Shown: positions 29,527 through 39,256, numbered from the stretch's first letter. The stretch: DNA of 55,375 bases from an uncultured Candidatus Saccharibacteria bacterium (GCA_964489295.1 CAZAXT010000001.1:1-55375), one strand, 5' to 3'. The notes: generated from the letters alone by a model not told the origin. A program made the numbers and translations.

Positions 29527-30129
29527 ATGAAAGCATTACTCGGGCGCAAGCTCGGTATGAGCCAGATATTTTCCGAGGAAGGGACCGCGACACCAGTCAC
29601 GCTGGTGCAGGCCGGCCCGTGTACCGTGGTCGGACTTCGAACAGCGGAAACCGATGGCTATGCGGCCGTGCAGCTAGGATTTGAAACCGATAAACATCCC
29701 AAGAAACCACAACAAGGGCAGTTCACGGATGCGAACGCAACTCCTCGGTATGTCCGTGAAATCCGCGGTGAGCATGAAGTCCAAACCGGCGACACGCTTC
29801 AGGCGGACGTATTCGAAGCCGGAGACACCCTGACCGTAACCGGAACCAGTAAAGGACAGGGTTTTACGGGCACGATCAAGCGGTACAATTTCAGTCGTGG
29901 TCCAGAAACCCATGGTTCACGCAACCAGCGCAGACCTGGATCAATCGGTGGCATGTATCCCCAAAAAGTATGGAAGGGCAAAAAGATGCCAGGCCGGAGC
30001 GGCAACGAAACGATTACCCAAAAAAACCGAGCAGTTGTCGCGGTAGACACTGCAAACAACATCATAGCCATTAAAGGCGCCGTACCCGGCAAACGAGATG
30101 GACTCGTTGTTTTGAAAGGAGACTCGTAA
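29527..30129 (+). CDS. rplC: 50S ribosomal protein L3
   Basis: MKALLGRKLGMSQIF..., FTGTIKRYNF typical L3. Confidence 0.96.
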   Translation: MKALLGRKLGMSQIFSEEGTATPVTLVQAGPCTVVGLRTAETDGYAAVQLGFETDKHPKKPQQGQFTDANATPRYVREIRGEHEVQTGDTLQADVFEAGDTLTVTGTSKGQGFTGTIKRYNFSRGPETHGSRNQRRPGSIGGMYPQKVWKGKKMPGRSGNETITQKNRAVVAVDTANNIIAIKGAVPGKRDGLVVLKGDS

Positions 30130-30767
30130 TGGCGACCGCCCCGACGTTTACCAAGACCGGTAACGCTTCATCGCGTAACACGACACTTCCCGAATCGGTA
30201 TTTTCGACGCCTTCAATTTCCCATGATCTGCTGCATCAGGCATATGTCGTTCAGCGCTCTCACGACCACGCACACGGAGCACACACTAAGAGTCGTGGTG
30301 ATGTTCGTGCCAGCGGTCGGAAGATCAAGCCGCAGAAATACACTGGTGGAGCCCGTGCCGGAACTAGCACCAGTCCGATGCGTCGGGGCGGTGGGGTCGC
30401 GTTCGGTCCCAAGGGCAGCGAAGTACGACGGAAACAGATTAACAAATCAGCTAAACGAGCAGCTCTCCGACACGCCTTGTCACTCCAAGCCCGGGAAGAA
30501 GCAGTCGTCGTCATAGAGGACTTTGCGCTTGACGGAAAAACCAAATCCGCTCGAACGTTGCTCGACTCTTTACCGGTTCAAGGCACAATCGTGTGTGTGG
30601 TTGAGCAATTCGACTCCCTTATACAACGGAGCCTGCGGAATATCCCGAACGTATTTTTGACGGATTCGGCCTCCTTGAACGTAGTCGATGTGGTGGATGC
30701 GGATTATGTAGTATTCACCCGGAACGGGCTGAACGCAATGCAACAGAGAATGGAGGCGTCGTCATGA
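30129..30767 (+). CDS. rplD: 50S ribosomal protein L4
   Basis: 212 aa; S10-operon position, KPQKYTGGARAGTSTSPMRRGGGVAFGP motif; TAATG overlap with rplC. Confidence 0.95.
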   Translation: MATAPTFTKTGNASSRNTTLPESVFSTPSISHDLLHQAYVVQRSHDHAHGAHTKSRGDVRASGRKIKPQKYTGGARAGTSTSPMRRGGGVAFGPKGSEVRRKQINKSAKRAALRHALSLQAREEAVVVIEDFALDGKTKSARTLLDSLPVQGTIVCVVEQFDSLIQRSLRNIPNVFLTDSASLNVVDVVDADYVVFTRNGLNAMQQRMEASS

Positions 30768-31057
30768 TCGTGCGTCCGGTTATTTCAGAAAAAGCTATCG
30801 CCCAAACCGATGAAGAAAACACCTATGTGTTTTATGTCCCGATTTCGGCTAACAAGCATACCATAGCGTCCGAGGTAGCGCAGCGGTTCGATGTCACGGT
30901 AACGCGGGTGCGAACTGCTGTTTTGAAAGGAAAATCCAAACGTATGCCGGTTCGCCGTGGCCAGAAATTGATATCGGGTCGACGGAGTGATATGAAAAAG
31001 GCGTATGTCACGCTCCAGGAAGGCGACAGTATATCAATGTTTGAGGGGAGTGAATAA
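30764..31057 (+). CDS. rplW: 50S ribosomal protein L23
   Basis: 97 aa; RPVISEKA...YVFYV; ATGA overlap with rplD. Confidence 0.95.
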   Translation: MIVRPVISEKAIAQTDEENTYVFYVPISANKHTIASEVAQRFDVTVTRVRTAVLKGKSKRMPVRRGQKLISGRRSDMKKAYVTLQEGDSISMFEGSE

Positions 31058-31887
31058 TGGCAGTCAAAAGATATAAACCGACCACACCCGCCCGTCGGGG
31101 CATGAACGCCGAAGACACGTCCGCTGTTACGAACAAGAACCCGCAGAAATCCCTGACACGTGCTCAGAACAATCGATCAGGCCGGAGTACCCACGGCGCG
31201 GTAACCGTCCGCCGTCGCGGCGGAGGCACCAAACGCCGGTACCGGTTAATTGATTTCGATCTTGAACCAGGTACCGATGCGATCGTGGAAGCCATTGAGT
31301 ATGACCCGAATCGATCCAGTCACATCGCACGCATCAAGAAACAGGACGGCAGTTATAGCTATGTGCTGGCTGGCAGCAAGATGGACGTGGGCGATCATGT
31401 CCAAGCCGGTAACGATGTACCGGTGAAACAAGGCAACCGGATGCCGCTTTCTCACATACCTCTGGGAAGCAGTGTCTACAACATCGAAGCCACGCAGGGC
31501 AAAGGCGGCCAGTTCGTGCGAAGCGCCGGCGCACGGGCGCAAGTGACGTCCAGGGAAGGCGATTCGGTGTATGTGCGTTTGCCGAGCGGTGAAGTTCGCT
31601 TGATACACCGGAGTTGTTACGCTACACTAGGCACCGTTGGTAACGAACAGCACCAGAATGTCAAGATTGGCAGTGCTGGACGGAATCGTCGAAAAGGCAA
31701 GCGACCGAGCGTACGCGGCAAGGCAATGAACCCCGCCGATCACCCGATGGGCGGCGGTGAAGGATTGACCAAACCGGGCAGACTCCCCCGGACTCCGTGG
31801 GGCAAGCCCGCTGTCGGCAAGAAAACCCGCCACCGCAAACGCGGCAATAACGCTATCGTCCGGAGACGGACAAAGAAGAGGAAGTAG
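31057..31887 (+). CDS. rplB: 50S ribosomal protein L2
   Basis: 276 aa; YDPNRSSHIARI, GKAMNPADHPMGGGEG. Confidence 0.97.
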   Translation: MAVKRYKPTTPARRGMNAEDTSAVTNKNPQKSLTRAQNNRSGRSTHGAVTVRRRGGGTKRRYRLIDFDLEPGTDAIVEAIEYDPNRSSHIARIKKQDGSYSYVLAGSKMDVGDHVQAGNDVPVKQGNRMPLSHIPLGSSVYNIEATQGKGGQFVRSAGARAQVTSREGDSVYVRLPSGEVRLIHRSCYATLGTVGNEQHQNVKIGSAGRNRRKGKRPSVRGKAMNPADHPMGGGEGLTKPGRLPRTPWGKPAVGKKTRHRKRGNNAIVRRRTKKRK

Positions 31888-31888
31888 T

Positions 31889-32020
31889 ATGTGTGGATCG
31901 AAGACGCAAAACGCAACATTTGGACTCAAGACTCGTGAAACAGCTCGCGGATCATATGCGAGTGTTGCTTCTTATGCCGTGGCGCGTGTTTCATGTACGG
32001 GTTTTGGAGGTCAGATATGA
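31889..32020 (+). CDS. Candidate spacer-filling (bridging) small ORF, 43 aa, rplB>rpsS
   Basis: ATG 1 nt after the rplB TAG, with GAGGAAG upstream; TGA overlaps the rpsS ATG (ATGA); [43 protein letters not shown]. Confidence 0.3.
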   Translation: MCGSKTQNATFGLKTRETARGSYASVASYAVARVSCTGFGGQI

Positions 32021-32292
32021 GCCGATCGCTCAAAAAAGGTCCGTATATTGACCAGCGCTTGCAGCGCAAAGTGGAGGCAATGGGCACTTCGGACAAAACC
32101 GTAATCAAAACTTGGGCCAGAGCAGCAACTATCACGCCGGAAATGGTCGGCAAGACTATCGCGGTGCATAACGGAAAAGTCCACGTTCCGGTGCTAATCA
32201 CCGAAAATATGGTCGGGCACAAACTCGGCGAATTCGCGCCCACCCGGAAGTTTAAAGGTCATGGCGGTAAACTCGCCAAAGGAGAGAAGTGA
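32017..32292 (+). CDS. rpsS: 30S ribosomal protein S19
   Basis: [12 protein letters not shown]...; GGAGG 6 nt upstream; tracked start (31993) rejected. Confidence 0.96.
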   Translation: MSRSLKKGPYIDQRLQRKVEAMGTSDKTVIKTWARAATITPEMVGKTIAVHNGKVHVPVLITENMVGHKLGEFAPTRKFKGHGGKLAKGEK

Positions 32293-32648
32293 TGAAGGCG
32301 GTCGCCAAGGGTGTCCGGGTTCCGCCGCGGAAGATGAATGTGGCCGCTTCTTTGGTACGGCGCCGCACGGTTGATGACGCGTTGACGATTCTTGAACATA
32401 CCCCCCGCCGGGCGGCTGAACACCTCCGTGATGTCATTAAAAGTGCTGCCGCCAATGCCGAACATAATGACAAGTACGAGACGGAGCAGTTGCGAATCGA
32501 CACCATAGAAGTTAATACCGGCGGAATGATCGTTCGGGGTCGACCGGCAGCCCGGATGAACGTACATCCGCACCGCCACCGTCTGAGCAACGTGAAAGTG
32601 CAGTTACAAGCAGTGGAAGACGAAGGAGAGATAACCAATGGGACATAA
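32292..32648 (+). CDS. rplV: 50S ribosomal protein L22
   Basis: [16 protein letters not shown]...; TGATG overlap with rpsS (GTG at 32289 is also possible). Confidence 0.95.
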   Translation: MKAVAKGVRVPPRKMNVAASLVRRRTVDDALTILEHTPRRAAEHLRDVIKSAAANAEHNDKYETEQLRIDTIEVNTGGMIVRGRPAARMNVHPHRHRLSNVKVQLQAVEDEGEITNGT

Positions 32649-33264
32649 GATAAACCCGATCAGTTTCAGACTACCGCTTCAGAAGGATTGGCAGTCCAAA
32701 TGGTTCGCCAGCAAACAGGATTATGCTCAGGCCTTAGAGGAAGATATGCGGATCCGGGAAGTCATCCAGAATTATCTGGGGCGCCGGGCAGCCATTGACC
32801 GCATAGAGATCGAACGTTCACCCAACAGTGTCAACGCCACCATTTATACGGCACGCCCCGGTGTGGTTATCGGTCGCGGTGGCGGCGGCGTTGAGGAACT
32901 GAAGCAAAAGTTGGCACGCCATATCGACTCACCGCTCAATCTCAATATCGAGGAAGTCAAGCAGCCCGAACTCAGGGCCCAACTGGTCGCTGACAATATC
33001 GCCAACCAACTGGAAAAGCGGACGTCCTTCCGGCGAGCGATCAAGTCGGCCACGGACAGTACGATGCGAGCGGGCGCTCAAGGTGTTAAGGTTACCGTAT
33101 CCGGTCGGCTGAATGGTGCCGATATGGCTCGGACCCAACAGGAAGTCGAGGGGAGTATACCCTTGCACACATTACGGGCACATATCGATTACGCTCAAGC
33201 GGACGCGGTCACGACGTACGGGAGTATCGGTGTGAAAGTCTGGATTTATCGAGGCGAGGTGTAA
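32638..33264 (+). CDS. rpsC: 30S ribosomal protein S3
   Basis: [12 protein letters not shown]..., KH domain, [10 protein letters not shown]. Confidence 0.96.
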   Translation: MGHKINPISFRLPLQKDWQSKWFASKQDYAQALEEDMRIREVIQNYLGRRAAIDRIEIERSPNSVNATIYTARPGVVIGRGGGGVEELKQKLARHIDSPLNLNIEEVKQPELRAQLVADNIANQLEKRTSFRRAIKSATDSTMRAGAQGVKVTVSGRLNGADMARTQQEVEGSIPLHTLRAHIDYAQADAVTTYGSIGVKVWIYRGEV

Positions 33265-33268
33265 GATC

Positions 33269-33697
33269 ATGTTATTACCCAAAAAAACCAAATACCGTAA
33301 GGCAATGAAGGGCCGTATCAGCGGCGTTGCCCAGCGCGGTAATCAGATCAGTTTCGGGTCGTACGGATTGCAGGCACAGACCGCTGAGCGAGTCACCTCA
33401 CGGCAAATCGAAGCAGCACGCCGGGCGATGACCCGCTACGTGAAACGTGGCGGCAAGATATGGATTCGCATTTTCCCCGATATACCCGTTACGCGAAAAG
33501 GCGAGGAAATGCCCATGGGAAGCGGAAAAGGAGCGCCCGAATTCTTCGTCGCCCGGGTGCGACCCGGCACGATCATGTTCGAGATGGCCGGCGTCGATGA
33601 GAAAACGGCCCAGGAAGCTATGCGGCTGGCCGGGCATAAATTGCCGGTTAAAACCAAGTTTATAACCCGGAATATACCAGGGGAGACGGAAGTATGA
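33269..33697 (+). CDS. rplP: 50S ribosomal protein L16
   Basis: [16 protein letters not shown]... typical L16. Confidence 0.97.
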   Translation: MLLPKKTKYRKAMKGRISGVAQRGNQISFGSYGLQAQTAERVTSRQIEAARRAMTRYVKRGGKIWIRIFPDIPVTRKGEEMPMGSGKGAPEFFVARVRPGTIMFEMAGVDEKTAQEAMRLAGHKLPVKTKFITRNIPGETEV

Positions 33698-33885
33698 AGA
33701 CGGAAGAGTTACGCCAGCAATCCATAGAAGAGTTACGCCAGCAGCTTGCCAAAGATGAAGCCGATCTGGCAGACTTTATGGTTGATGTCAGAACCAAAGA
33801 GGTAGACGATATCCGCCGCGGTCGACGGTTGCGGAAAGAAATTGCCCGTATCAAGACGATTATCAGGGAAAAGGAGTTGGAATAA
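33694..33885 (+). CDS. rpmC: 50S ribosomal protein L29
   Basis: 63 aa; helical, [14 protein letters not shown]; S10-operon position; ATGA overlap. Confidence 0.93.
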   Translation: MKTEELRQQSIEELRQQLAKDEADLADFMVDVRTKEVDDIRRGRRLRKEIARIKTIIREKELE

Positions 33886-34133
33886 TGGCCAGAACAATGA
33901 CAGGCAGAGTCGTATCCGACGGCATGGACAAGACGGTAACCGTTGCGGTCGATCGGGTAAAGATGCACCGGATTTATCAGAAACGGTATAAAGCGACCAG
34001 TACGTTTCTGGCCCATGACGAGGATAATGCCTGCAGCAAAGGTGACCGGGTGACTATCGAAGAAATGCGGCCGTTAAGTAAGCGGAAACGGTGGCGCGTA
34101 AAGACGATCGTCGAAAAGGCACAGTTGGTATGA
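33885..34133 (+). CDS. rpsQ: 30S ribosomal protein S17
   Basis: 82 aa; [16 protein letters not shown]...HRIYQKRY. Confidence 0.95.
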   Translation: MARTMTGRVVSDGMDKTVTVAVDRVKMHRIYQKRYKATSTFLAHDEDNACSKGDRVTIEEMRPLSKRKRWRVKTIVEKAQLV

Positions 34134-34498
34134 TACAGCAGGAAAGCCGTCTCAAAGTAGCCGACAACAGTGGAGCGCGCGAGTTGCAATGCATCAAGGT
34201 GCTCGGGGGTAGTAAACGTCGATATGCTCGGTTGGGCGATGTATTTATTGCCAGCGTTAAATCCGCCACACCCGGTGCAGCTATCAATAAAAAGGACGTG
34301 GTTCGCGCGGTCGTGGTGCGCTCCAGCGATATTACCCAGCGACATGACGGCTCATCGATCAGATTCGACGAAAACGCGGCGGTCGTCATCGATTCAGGAA
34401 AAAATCCGCGCGGAAGTCGTGTATTCGGTCCAATTGCCCGTGAGCTCAGGGAGAAAAAATTCGGCAAAATAATTTCGCTGGCGCCGGAGGTTTTGTGA
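34130..34498 (+). CDS. rplN: 50S ribosomal protein L14
   Basis: [16 protein letters not shown]... ends ...IISLAPEVL at a TGA, the canonical L14 C-terminus; ATGA overlap with rpsQ. Confidence 0.97.
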   Translation: MIQQESRLKVADNSGARELQCIKVLGGSKRRYARLGDVFIASVKSATPGAAINKKDVVRAVVVRSSDITQRHDGSSIRFDENAAVVIDSGKNPRGSRVFGPIARELREKKFGKIISLAPEVL

Positions 34499-34605
34499 TG
34501 AAAAATTTCAAGCTGCGCGTTTCAAGTTTAAGACATAAGAGTCCGGCGCAGACCGAGAGTCGTCCGATGCCCGTCGGCTCGGGCGTCCAAAGGGGGCGAG
34601 TATGA
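34498..34605 (+). CDS. Candidate spacer-filling (bridging) small ORF, 35 aa, basic, rplN>rplX
   Basis: ATG overlaps the rplN stop (TGATG); GGAGG at 34486-34490 with 7-nt spacing; TGA overlaps the rplX ATG (ATGA); [35 protein letters not shown]. Confidence 0.4.
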   Translation: MKNFKLRVSSLRHKSPAQTESRPMPVGSGVQRGRV

Positions 34606-34922
34606 AAATCAAGAAAGGCGATACGGTGATTGTGCGATCCGGCAAAGATAAAGGGAAAACCGGCACGGTTACCAAGGTTAACCCTGAGTTGAACGAAATC
34701 GTAGTAGATGGTATAAATGTAGTGAAACGACATCTGAAGCCGTCGCAGACTAACCCCAAAGGGGGTATTGTGGAGGCAAACGCCCCCCTTAACGCGAGTA
34801 ACGTCGGTCTCGTCCACCCCGATAAGAAGCAACAAGGTAGCCGGGTCGGATACGAATTCAAGGACGGCAAGAAGGTGCGCGTCTATCGCCAAGCTGAGAA
34901 TAAGGAAGTCAAAAGCGAATGA
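34602..34922 (+). CDS. rplX: 50S ribosomal protein L24
   Basis: MKIKKGDTVIVRSGKDKGKTG (KOW motif). Confidence 0.95.
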   Translation: MKIKKGDTVIVRSGKDKGKTGTVTKVNPELNEIVVDGINVVKRHLKPSQTNPKGGIVEANAPLNASNVGLVHPDKKQQGSRVGYEFKDGKKVRVYRQAENKEVKSE

Positions 34923-35467
34923 GTCGATTACTGGAACACTACCAGAACCAAGCTATGCCGGATCTGCAGACGCGGTTGGGGATAAGCAATGTGCACCAGG
35001 TGCCGCGGATCGAGAAGATCGTGTTAAACGTAGGGGCCGGACGGGCTATCCAGGATTCGCGTGTACTTGAAACCGCGGTGAACACCCTGGGTAAGATCAC
35101 CGGACAGCAACCGGTCAAAACCAAGGCCAAACACAGCGTTGCCGGGTTTAAGTTACGACAAGGGCAGCCTATCGGTGTCAAGGTTACACTGCGTGGTGCG
35201 CGGATGTACGAATTTTTGGACCGCTTGGTAACGGTGGTGTTGCCGCGAACCCGGGATTTCAGAGGTTTGTCAGAGAAGTCGTTCGACCCCGATGGCAATT
35301 ACAGCCTCGGTATTGCCGATCAGAGCGTTTTCCCTGAACTTTCCTACGAAGATTCACAAATTACCCACGGTTTGCAAATCAATATTATAACCAATAGCGA
35401 TCCTGAGCAGTCATACGCACTGTTATCCGCATTAGGGTTGCCGTTCGAAAGGAGCGATGATGGCTAG
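34919..35467 (+). CDS. rplE: 50S ribosomal protein L5
   Basis: 182 aa; [11 protein letters not shown]...[17 protein letters not shown]. Confidence 0.96.
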   Translation: MSRLLEHYQNQAMPDLQTRLGISNVHQVPRIEKIVLNVGAGRAIQDSRVLETAVNTLGKITGQQPVKTKAKHSVAGFKLRQGQPIGVKVTLRGARMYEFLDRLVTVVLPRTRDFRGLSEKSFDPDGNYSLGIADQSVFPELSYEDSQITHGLQINIITNSDPEQSYALLSALGLPFERSDDG

Positions 35468-35642
35468 GAAAGCACTGTGGATCAAGGCCCGGAAAACCAA
35501 ATACCCGACCCGCCAAGTCAATCGGTGCAATCGCTGCGGCCGCTCCCGCTCCTATATGCGCCAATTCGGTTTGTGCCGAATATGCTTCCGTGAACTGGCC
35601 AGTCAAGGTAAACTGCCCGGAGTAAAGAAAGCGAGCCGATGA
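35457..35642 (+). CDS. rpsN: 30S ribosomal protein S14, zinc-binding type Z
   Basis: 61 aa; CNRCGR...CRICFRE zinc-ribbon cysteines. Confidence 0.93.
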   Translation: MMARKALWIKARKTKYPTRQVNRCNRCGRSRSYMRQFGLCRICFRELASQGKLPGVKKASR

Positions 35643-36028
35643 TGTTCGACCCGATAGCCGATATGCTGACCAGAATCAGGAATGCGACTGCCGTGAACAA
35701 AACCGTGGTAGATGTCCCGTATTCAAAGGCCAAAGCCTCCATAGCCGAGGTTTTAACCAATTACGGTTATGTGGCCGGGTATGAAGTAACCGATGACGCG
35801 AAGCCGCTCGTCCGCCTTCAACTTCAGGAAGAAGGCCAGGCGAATCCGATTACCGAAATACACCGCATCTCCAAGCCCGGACGCCGCGTGTATGCTCCAG
35901 CGGATGAAATACCGACCGTTTTGCGGGGCAGGGGTATGGTAATACTTTCCACTTCCAGTGGCGTCATGAGCGGTTCTGATGCCCGCCAACAGGGAGTTGG
36001 TGGTGAAATAATGTGTAAAGTGTGGTAG
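35639..36028 (+). CDS. rpsH: 30S ribosomal protein S8
   Basis: [13 protein letters not shown] signature. Confidence 0.95.
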   Translation: MMFDPIADMLTRIRNATAVNKTVVDVPYSKAKASIAEVLTNYGYVAGYEVTDDAKPLVRLQLQEEGQANPITEIHRISKPGRRVYAPADEIPTVLRGRGMVILSTSSGVMSGSDARQQGVGGEIMCKVW

Positions 36029-36030
36029 TT

Positions 36031-36102
36031 ATGCAAATACGAGCTATAAATCACTGGAACAAAATTTGTATATCGGAGAACAACCGGAAGGAGCGATCAT
36101 GA
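36031..36102 (+). CDS. Candidate spacer-filling (bridging) small ORF, 23 aa, rpsH>rplF
   Basis: ATG 2 nt after the rpsH TAG; TGA overlaps the rplF ATG (ATGA); MQIRAINHWNKICISENNRKERS. Confidence 0.25.
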   Translation: MQIRAINHWNKICISENNRKERS

Positions 36103-36641
36103 GTCGTATCGGCGCATTACCCATCGACATACCGGATGGGGCCGAAGTTTCGGTTGACAAAAAAACCGTGCATGTACGCGGCCCCAAGGGTGAACTCAAC
36201 ATATCCGTGCTTGCTGGTACGAGCGTGCAACAGGAAGAGAATCAACTTGTTGTATCCCGGCGCAATGATAAGCCGGTCGCCAAAGAGCGTCACGGTCTGA
36301 TGCGAACGCTACTTGCGAATGCTATCCAGGGAGCAACCGAGGGCTTCACCAAATCCTTAGAGATCAACGGTGTCGGGTTTAGAGCACAGGTGGACGGAAG
36401 TACCGTGATACTGAACATCGGATACTCCCAACCCCGGCATGTTGCCTTACCCGAAGGTATTACGGCCACCGTCGAAGACAACGTACTTACCATCAGCGGT
36501 GTGGACAAACAATTAGTAGGCCAGGTAGCTGCTAACATCAGAAGCTTACGACCGCCCGAACCGTACAAAGGCAAAGGCTTGTCATATACAAATGAACGGG
36601 TTCGCCGCAAGGCCGGCAAGACCGCGGGAGCAGGCAAATGA
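36099..36641 (+). CDS. rplF: 50S ribosomal protein L6
   Basis: MSRIGALPIDIPDGAEV...; GGAAGGAG SD; tracked start (36066) rejected. Confidence 0.95.
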   Translation: MSRIGALPIDIPDGAEVSVDKKTVHVRGPKGELNISVLAGTSVQQEENQLVVSRRNDKPVAKERHGLMRTLLANAIQGATEGFTKSLEINGVGFRAQVDGSTVILNIGYSQPRHVALPEGITATVEDNVLTISGVDKQLVGQVAANIRSLRPPEPYKGKGLSYTNERVRRKAGKTAGAGK

Positions 36642-36967
36642 GCACACAAAGCAGATTAGCCAGAACCAAACAACAGGTACGGGGTACGTCTGACCGCCCC
36701 CGCTTGAGCGTGACGGTTTCCAACGCCCACGTGTATGCCCAGATCATAGACGACACCGTTGGCCACACGCTCGCATTCAGCTCTTCTCATGCCGGTGGCG
36801 TGAGTGGTACGATGACGGAAAAAGCGCAATGGGTCGGCAGTGATATCGCCGGTAAAGCCCAAAAAGCCAATATAACCCGGGTCGTATTCGACCGAAGAAG
36901 CAGAAAATTCCACGGACGCGTGGCGGCCCTAGCCGAAACCGCCCGGGAGCAAGGATTGGAGTTTTAG
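36638..36967 (+). CDS. rplR: 50S ribosomal protein L18
   Basis: 109 aa; PRLSVTVSNAHVYAQIIDD...FDRRSRKFHGRVAALAE. Confidence 0.94.
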   Translation: MSTQSRLARTKQQVRGTSDRPRLSVTVSNAHVYAQIIDDTVGHTLAFSSSHAGGVSGTMTEKAQWVGSDIAGKAQKANITRVVFDRRSRKFHGRVAALAETAREQGLEF

Positions 36968-37441
36968 ATGAGCCCCGAAGAGAGTCAAGACCAATTCCAG
37001 GAACGAGTCGTCAATGTGGACCGTGTATCCCGCGTCGTCAAGGGCGGCCGCCGGTTCCGTTTCCGTGCGCTTGTGGTTGTCGGTGACCAGAATGGTCAAG
37101 TCGGAGTGGGGCTTGCCAAAAGTGATGATGTAACTTCGGCCGTCTCGAAGGCTTCCGACCAAGCTAAGAAACACCGTATCGAAATACCGGTTGAAAACGG
37201 TACAATTCCGCATGAAGTAGAAGCCAAGCATTCCGGTGGCCATGTGCTGTTGAAGCCGGCCGGCCAGGGGACTGGAGTGATAGCCGGTGGTGCGGTCCGT
37301 GATGTGGTGGAAATGGCCGGATTGAGTAATATCCTGACGAAATCACTAGGTTCGCCCAACAAGATCAACATCAGCTACGCTACCATCGATGCGCTGCAAA
37401 AGATAATTCCCGCCCGCGAGGTTGCCCATGAAAATTCATGA
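36968..37441 (+). CDS. rpsE: 30S ribosomal protein S5
   Basis: 157 aa; [26 protein letters not shown]. Confidence 0.95.
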   Translation: MSPEESQDQFQERVVNVDRVSRVVKGGRRFRFRALVVVGDQNGQVGVGLAKSDDVTSAVSKASDQAKKHRIEIPVENGTIPHEVEAKHSGGHVLLKPAGQGTGVIAGGAVRDVVEMAGLSNILTKSLGSPNKINISYATIDALQKIIPAREVAHENS

Positions 37442-37871
37442 ATTGCAGGTATCCGGTAAAAAAACACGTAAGCGCGTAGGCCGTGGTGACGGCAGTGGCA
37501 TCGGAACCACGTCCGGCCGTGGCGACAACGGGCAGAATTCCCGCAGTGGCGGCAGGGTTTCCCCGGGCTTTGAAGGTGGCCAAACCCCGATTTCCAAACG
37601 GATCCCCAAGAGCCGCGGCTTCAAAAAACTTTCTCGCGAGTGGACGCTTATCCATACCGACCAATTGAATGTCTTTTCCGAAGGCTCGCGAGTGGACGCA
37701 TCGACGCTTAAAGAGCAAGGATTACTGAAAGATGACGATCAACCCGTGAAACTACTGTATCGAGGAGACGTGGAACATCCGGTCCACGTGGTCGTCGGCA
37801 GCGTTAGCCGGAATGCCAGGACGGCAGTAGAAAATGCCGGGGGTACGGTAACCCAAGGGTGGCAGGAGTAG
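37428..37871 (+). CDS. rplO: 50S ribosomal protein L15
   Basis: MKIHELQ...KRVGRGDGSGIGTTSGRG; overlaps the rpsE 3' end, so there is no room for rpmD (L30). Confidence 0.93.
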   Translation: MKIHELQVSGKKTRKRVGRGDGSGIGTTSGRGDNGQNSRSGGRVSPGFEGGQTPISKRIPKSRGFKKLSREWTLIHTDQLNVFSEGSRVDASTLKEQGLLKDDDQPVKLLYRGDVEHPVHVVVGSVSRNARTAVENAGGTVTQGWQE

Positions 37872-39176
37872 ATGCAACACGGGCGATTAAAACAGTTACT
37901 GACCAATCGTGACATCAGAAAACGCTTACTTGGCGTTTTCGGTATCATATTCCTGTTTCGTGTGCTTGCGCATATCCCGATCCCGATCGGTGATACGACA
38001 ACTCTGAAACAATTTCTGGAAAACATTCTCTCTTCCAACCAACTGTTCGGTCTGGTCGATTTGTTCTCGGGAGGGGCGGTGGCCAACTTTTCCATCGCCA
38101 TTATCGGGTTGGCGCCTTTTATTAACGCGTCCATCATCATGCAGTTACTGTCGTATGCTCTGCCAAAGTTCTCAGAGCTGAAAAAGGAAGGAGAAGAAGG
38201 CCGGCGCAAGATCAACCAATACACCCGGTATTTGACACTTCCTTTAGCGATCGGACAGTCGATCGGCACCATCTTTTTTATCAGGCAATTGGCTATACAG
38301 CAGACCCAGACCGACATCATCGGCGACCCGACTCTCGCCGAGTGGGCGGTCATGGTAACCTGTATTACCGGTGGCAGTATGTTGCTGATGTGGCTGGGCG
38401 AAATCGCGACCGAGAAGGGGGTCGGTAACGGCATTTCAATCCTGATCGCCTCCAGTATCATCGCTCAGTTGCCGAACATCTTTGGTCAGGCGCTGTCCCT
38501 GGCTCAAGCCAGCAGTCAGCAAATGATGACCGTCATCCTATTCGCGGCCGGCGCGTTAGTCGTCACTTACTTCATCGTCAAACTGAATGAAGCCCAACGG
38601 ACGGTCCGGGTGTCCTATGCCAAACGTATGCAGGCGAGCGGGTACGGCGGCGTGGAATCAGAGCTGCCTATACGTGTTTTGACCGCCGGTGTCATCCCGA
38701 TTATCTTTGCCATTGCCTTTATGTCTGTACCGACGTTTCTGGGTCAGCTCTTTCAAAACGCCGATGCGGTCTGGTTGGCCGAGTTTGCGACCAATCTGAC
38801 AGTCTGGTTCAACCCGTCCAGTGCTATCTATGCGGTTGCCTACTTCGGGCTGGTTATCGCTTTTACGTACTTTTACACCGGCATTGCTTTCAACCCCACT
38901 GATATCGCGGAAAACCTGCAAAAACAAGGCGGGTTTATTCCCGGCATTCGACCCGGGAAACAGACCGAGGAATATTTACGACGCATTGTTAATCGCATCA
39001 CGCTGTTCGGTTCTGTCAGCCTCGGTGTCATCGCCGTACTCCCCTTTATCGGTGAACAGCTAACCGGGAGTTCGGTGTTGACATTCGGCGGTACTGGGCT
39101 GTTAATTGTTGTCAGTGTCGCGATCCAGACTATGCGGCAACTCGATTCACAGATTATTAGTGCGTCGTATGAATAA
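37872..39176 (+). CDS. secY: Preprotein translocase subunit SecY
   Basis: 434 aa; 10-TM pattern, LGIMPYISASII-like GLAPFINASIIMQLL, GGTGLLIVV. Confidence 0.96.
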   Translation: MQHGRLKQLLTNRDIRKRLLGVFGIIFLFRVLAHIPIPIGDTTTLKQFLENILSSNQLFGLVDLFSGGAVANFSIAIIGLAPFINASIIMQLLSYALPKFSELKKEGEEGRRKINQYTRYLTLPLAIGQSIGTIFFIRQLAIQQTQTDIIGDPTLAEWAVMVTCITGGSMLLMWLGEIATEKGVGNGISILIASSIIAQLPNIFGQALSLAQASSQQMMTVILFAAGALVVTYFIVKLNEAQRTVRVSYAKRMQASGYGGVESELPIRVLTAGVIPIIFAIAFMSVPTFLGQLFQNADAVWLAEFATNLTVWFNPSSAIYAVAYFGLVIAFTYFYTGIAFNPTDIAENLQKQGGFIPGIRPGKQTEEYLRRIVNRITLFGSVSLGVIAVLPFIGEQLTGSSVLTFGGTGLLIVVSVAIQTMRQLDSQIISASYE

Positions 39177-39227
39177 GACGTGGAGGCAGAAGCGGATTAG
39201 TTGGTCGATATACATCTGCTTAGAGGG

Positions 39228-39256
39228 TTTACAGGGTGATAAAAAGTGCGTATAAT
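39228..39256 (+). promoter_or_regulatory. Candidate strong sigma70-type promoter for infA-rpmJ-alpha operon
   Basis: TTTACA, exactly 17 nt, TATAAT, 21 nt upstream of the infA ATG. Confidence 0.6.

Noticed and set aside
31926-32243. 105-aa minus-strand ORF spanning the rplB-rpsS spacer and most of rpsS.
   Set aside because: It is antisense to rpsS for most of its length, and has no SD and no motifs. The plus-strand abutting sORF explains the open spacer better.
34496-34498. Possible UGA recoding (genetic code 25 or 4), as in some CPR lineages. This would change every gene boundary and could explain the open spacers.
   Set aside because: L14 ends at its canonical ...SLAPEVL directly before a TGA. 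Several other conserved proteins (S17, S7, S19, S10, L13) also end at TGA at their expected lengths. Read-through would add non-homologous tails.
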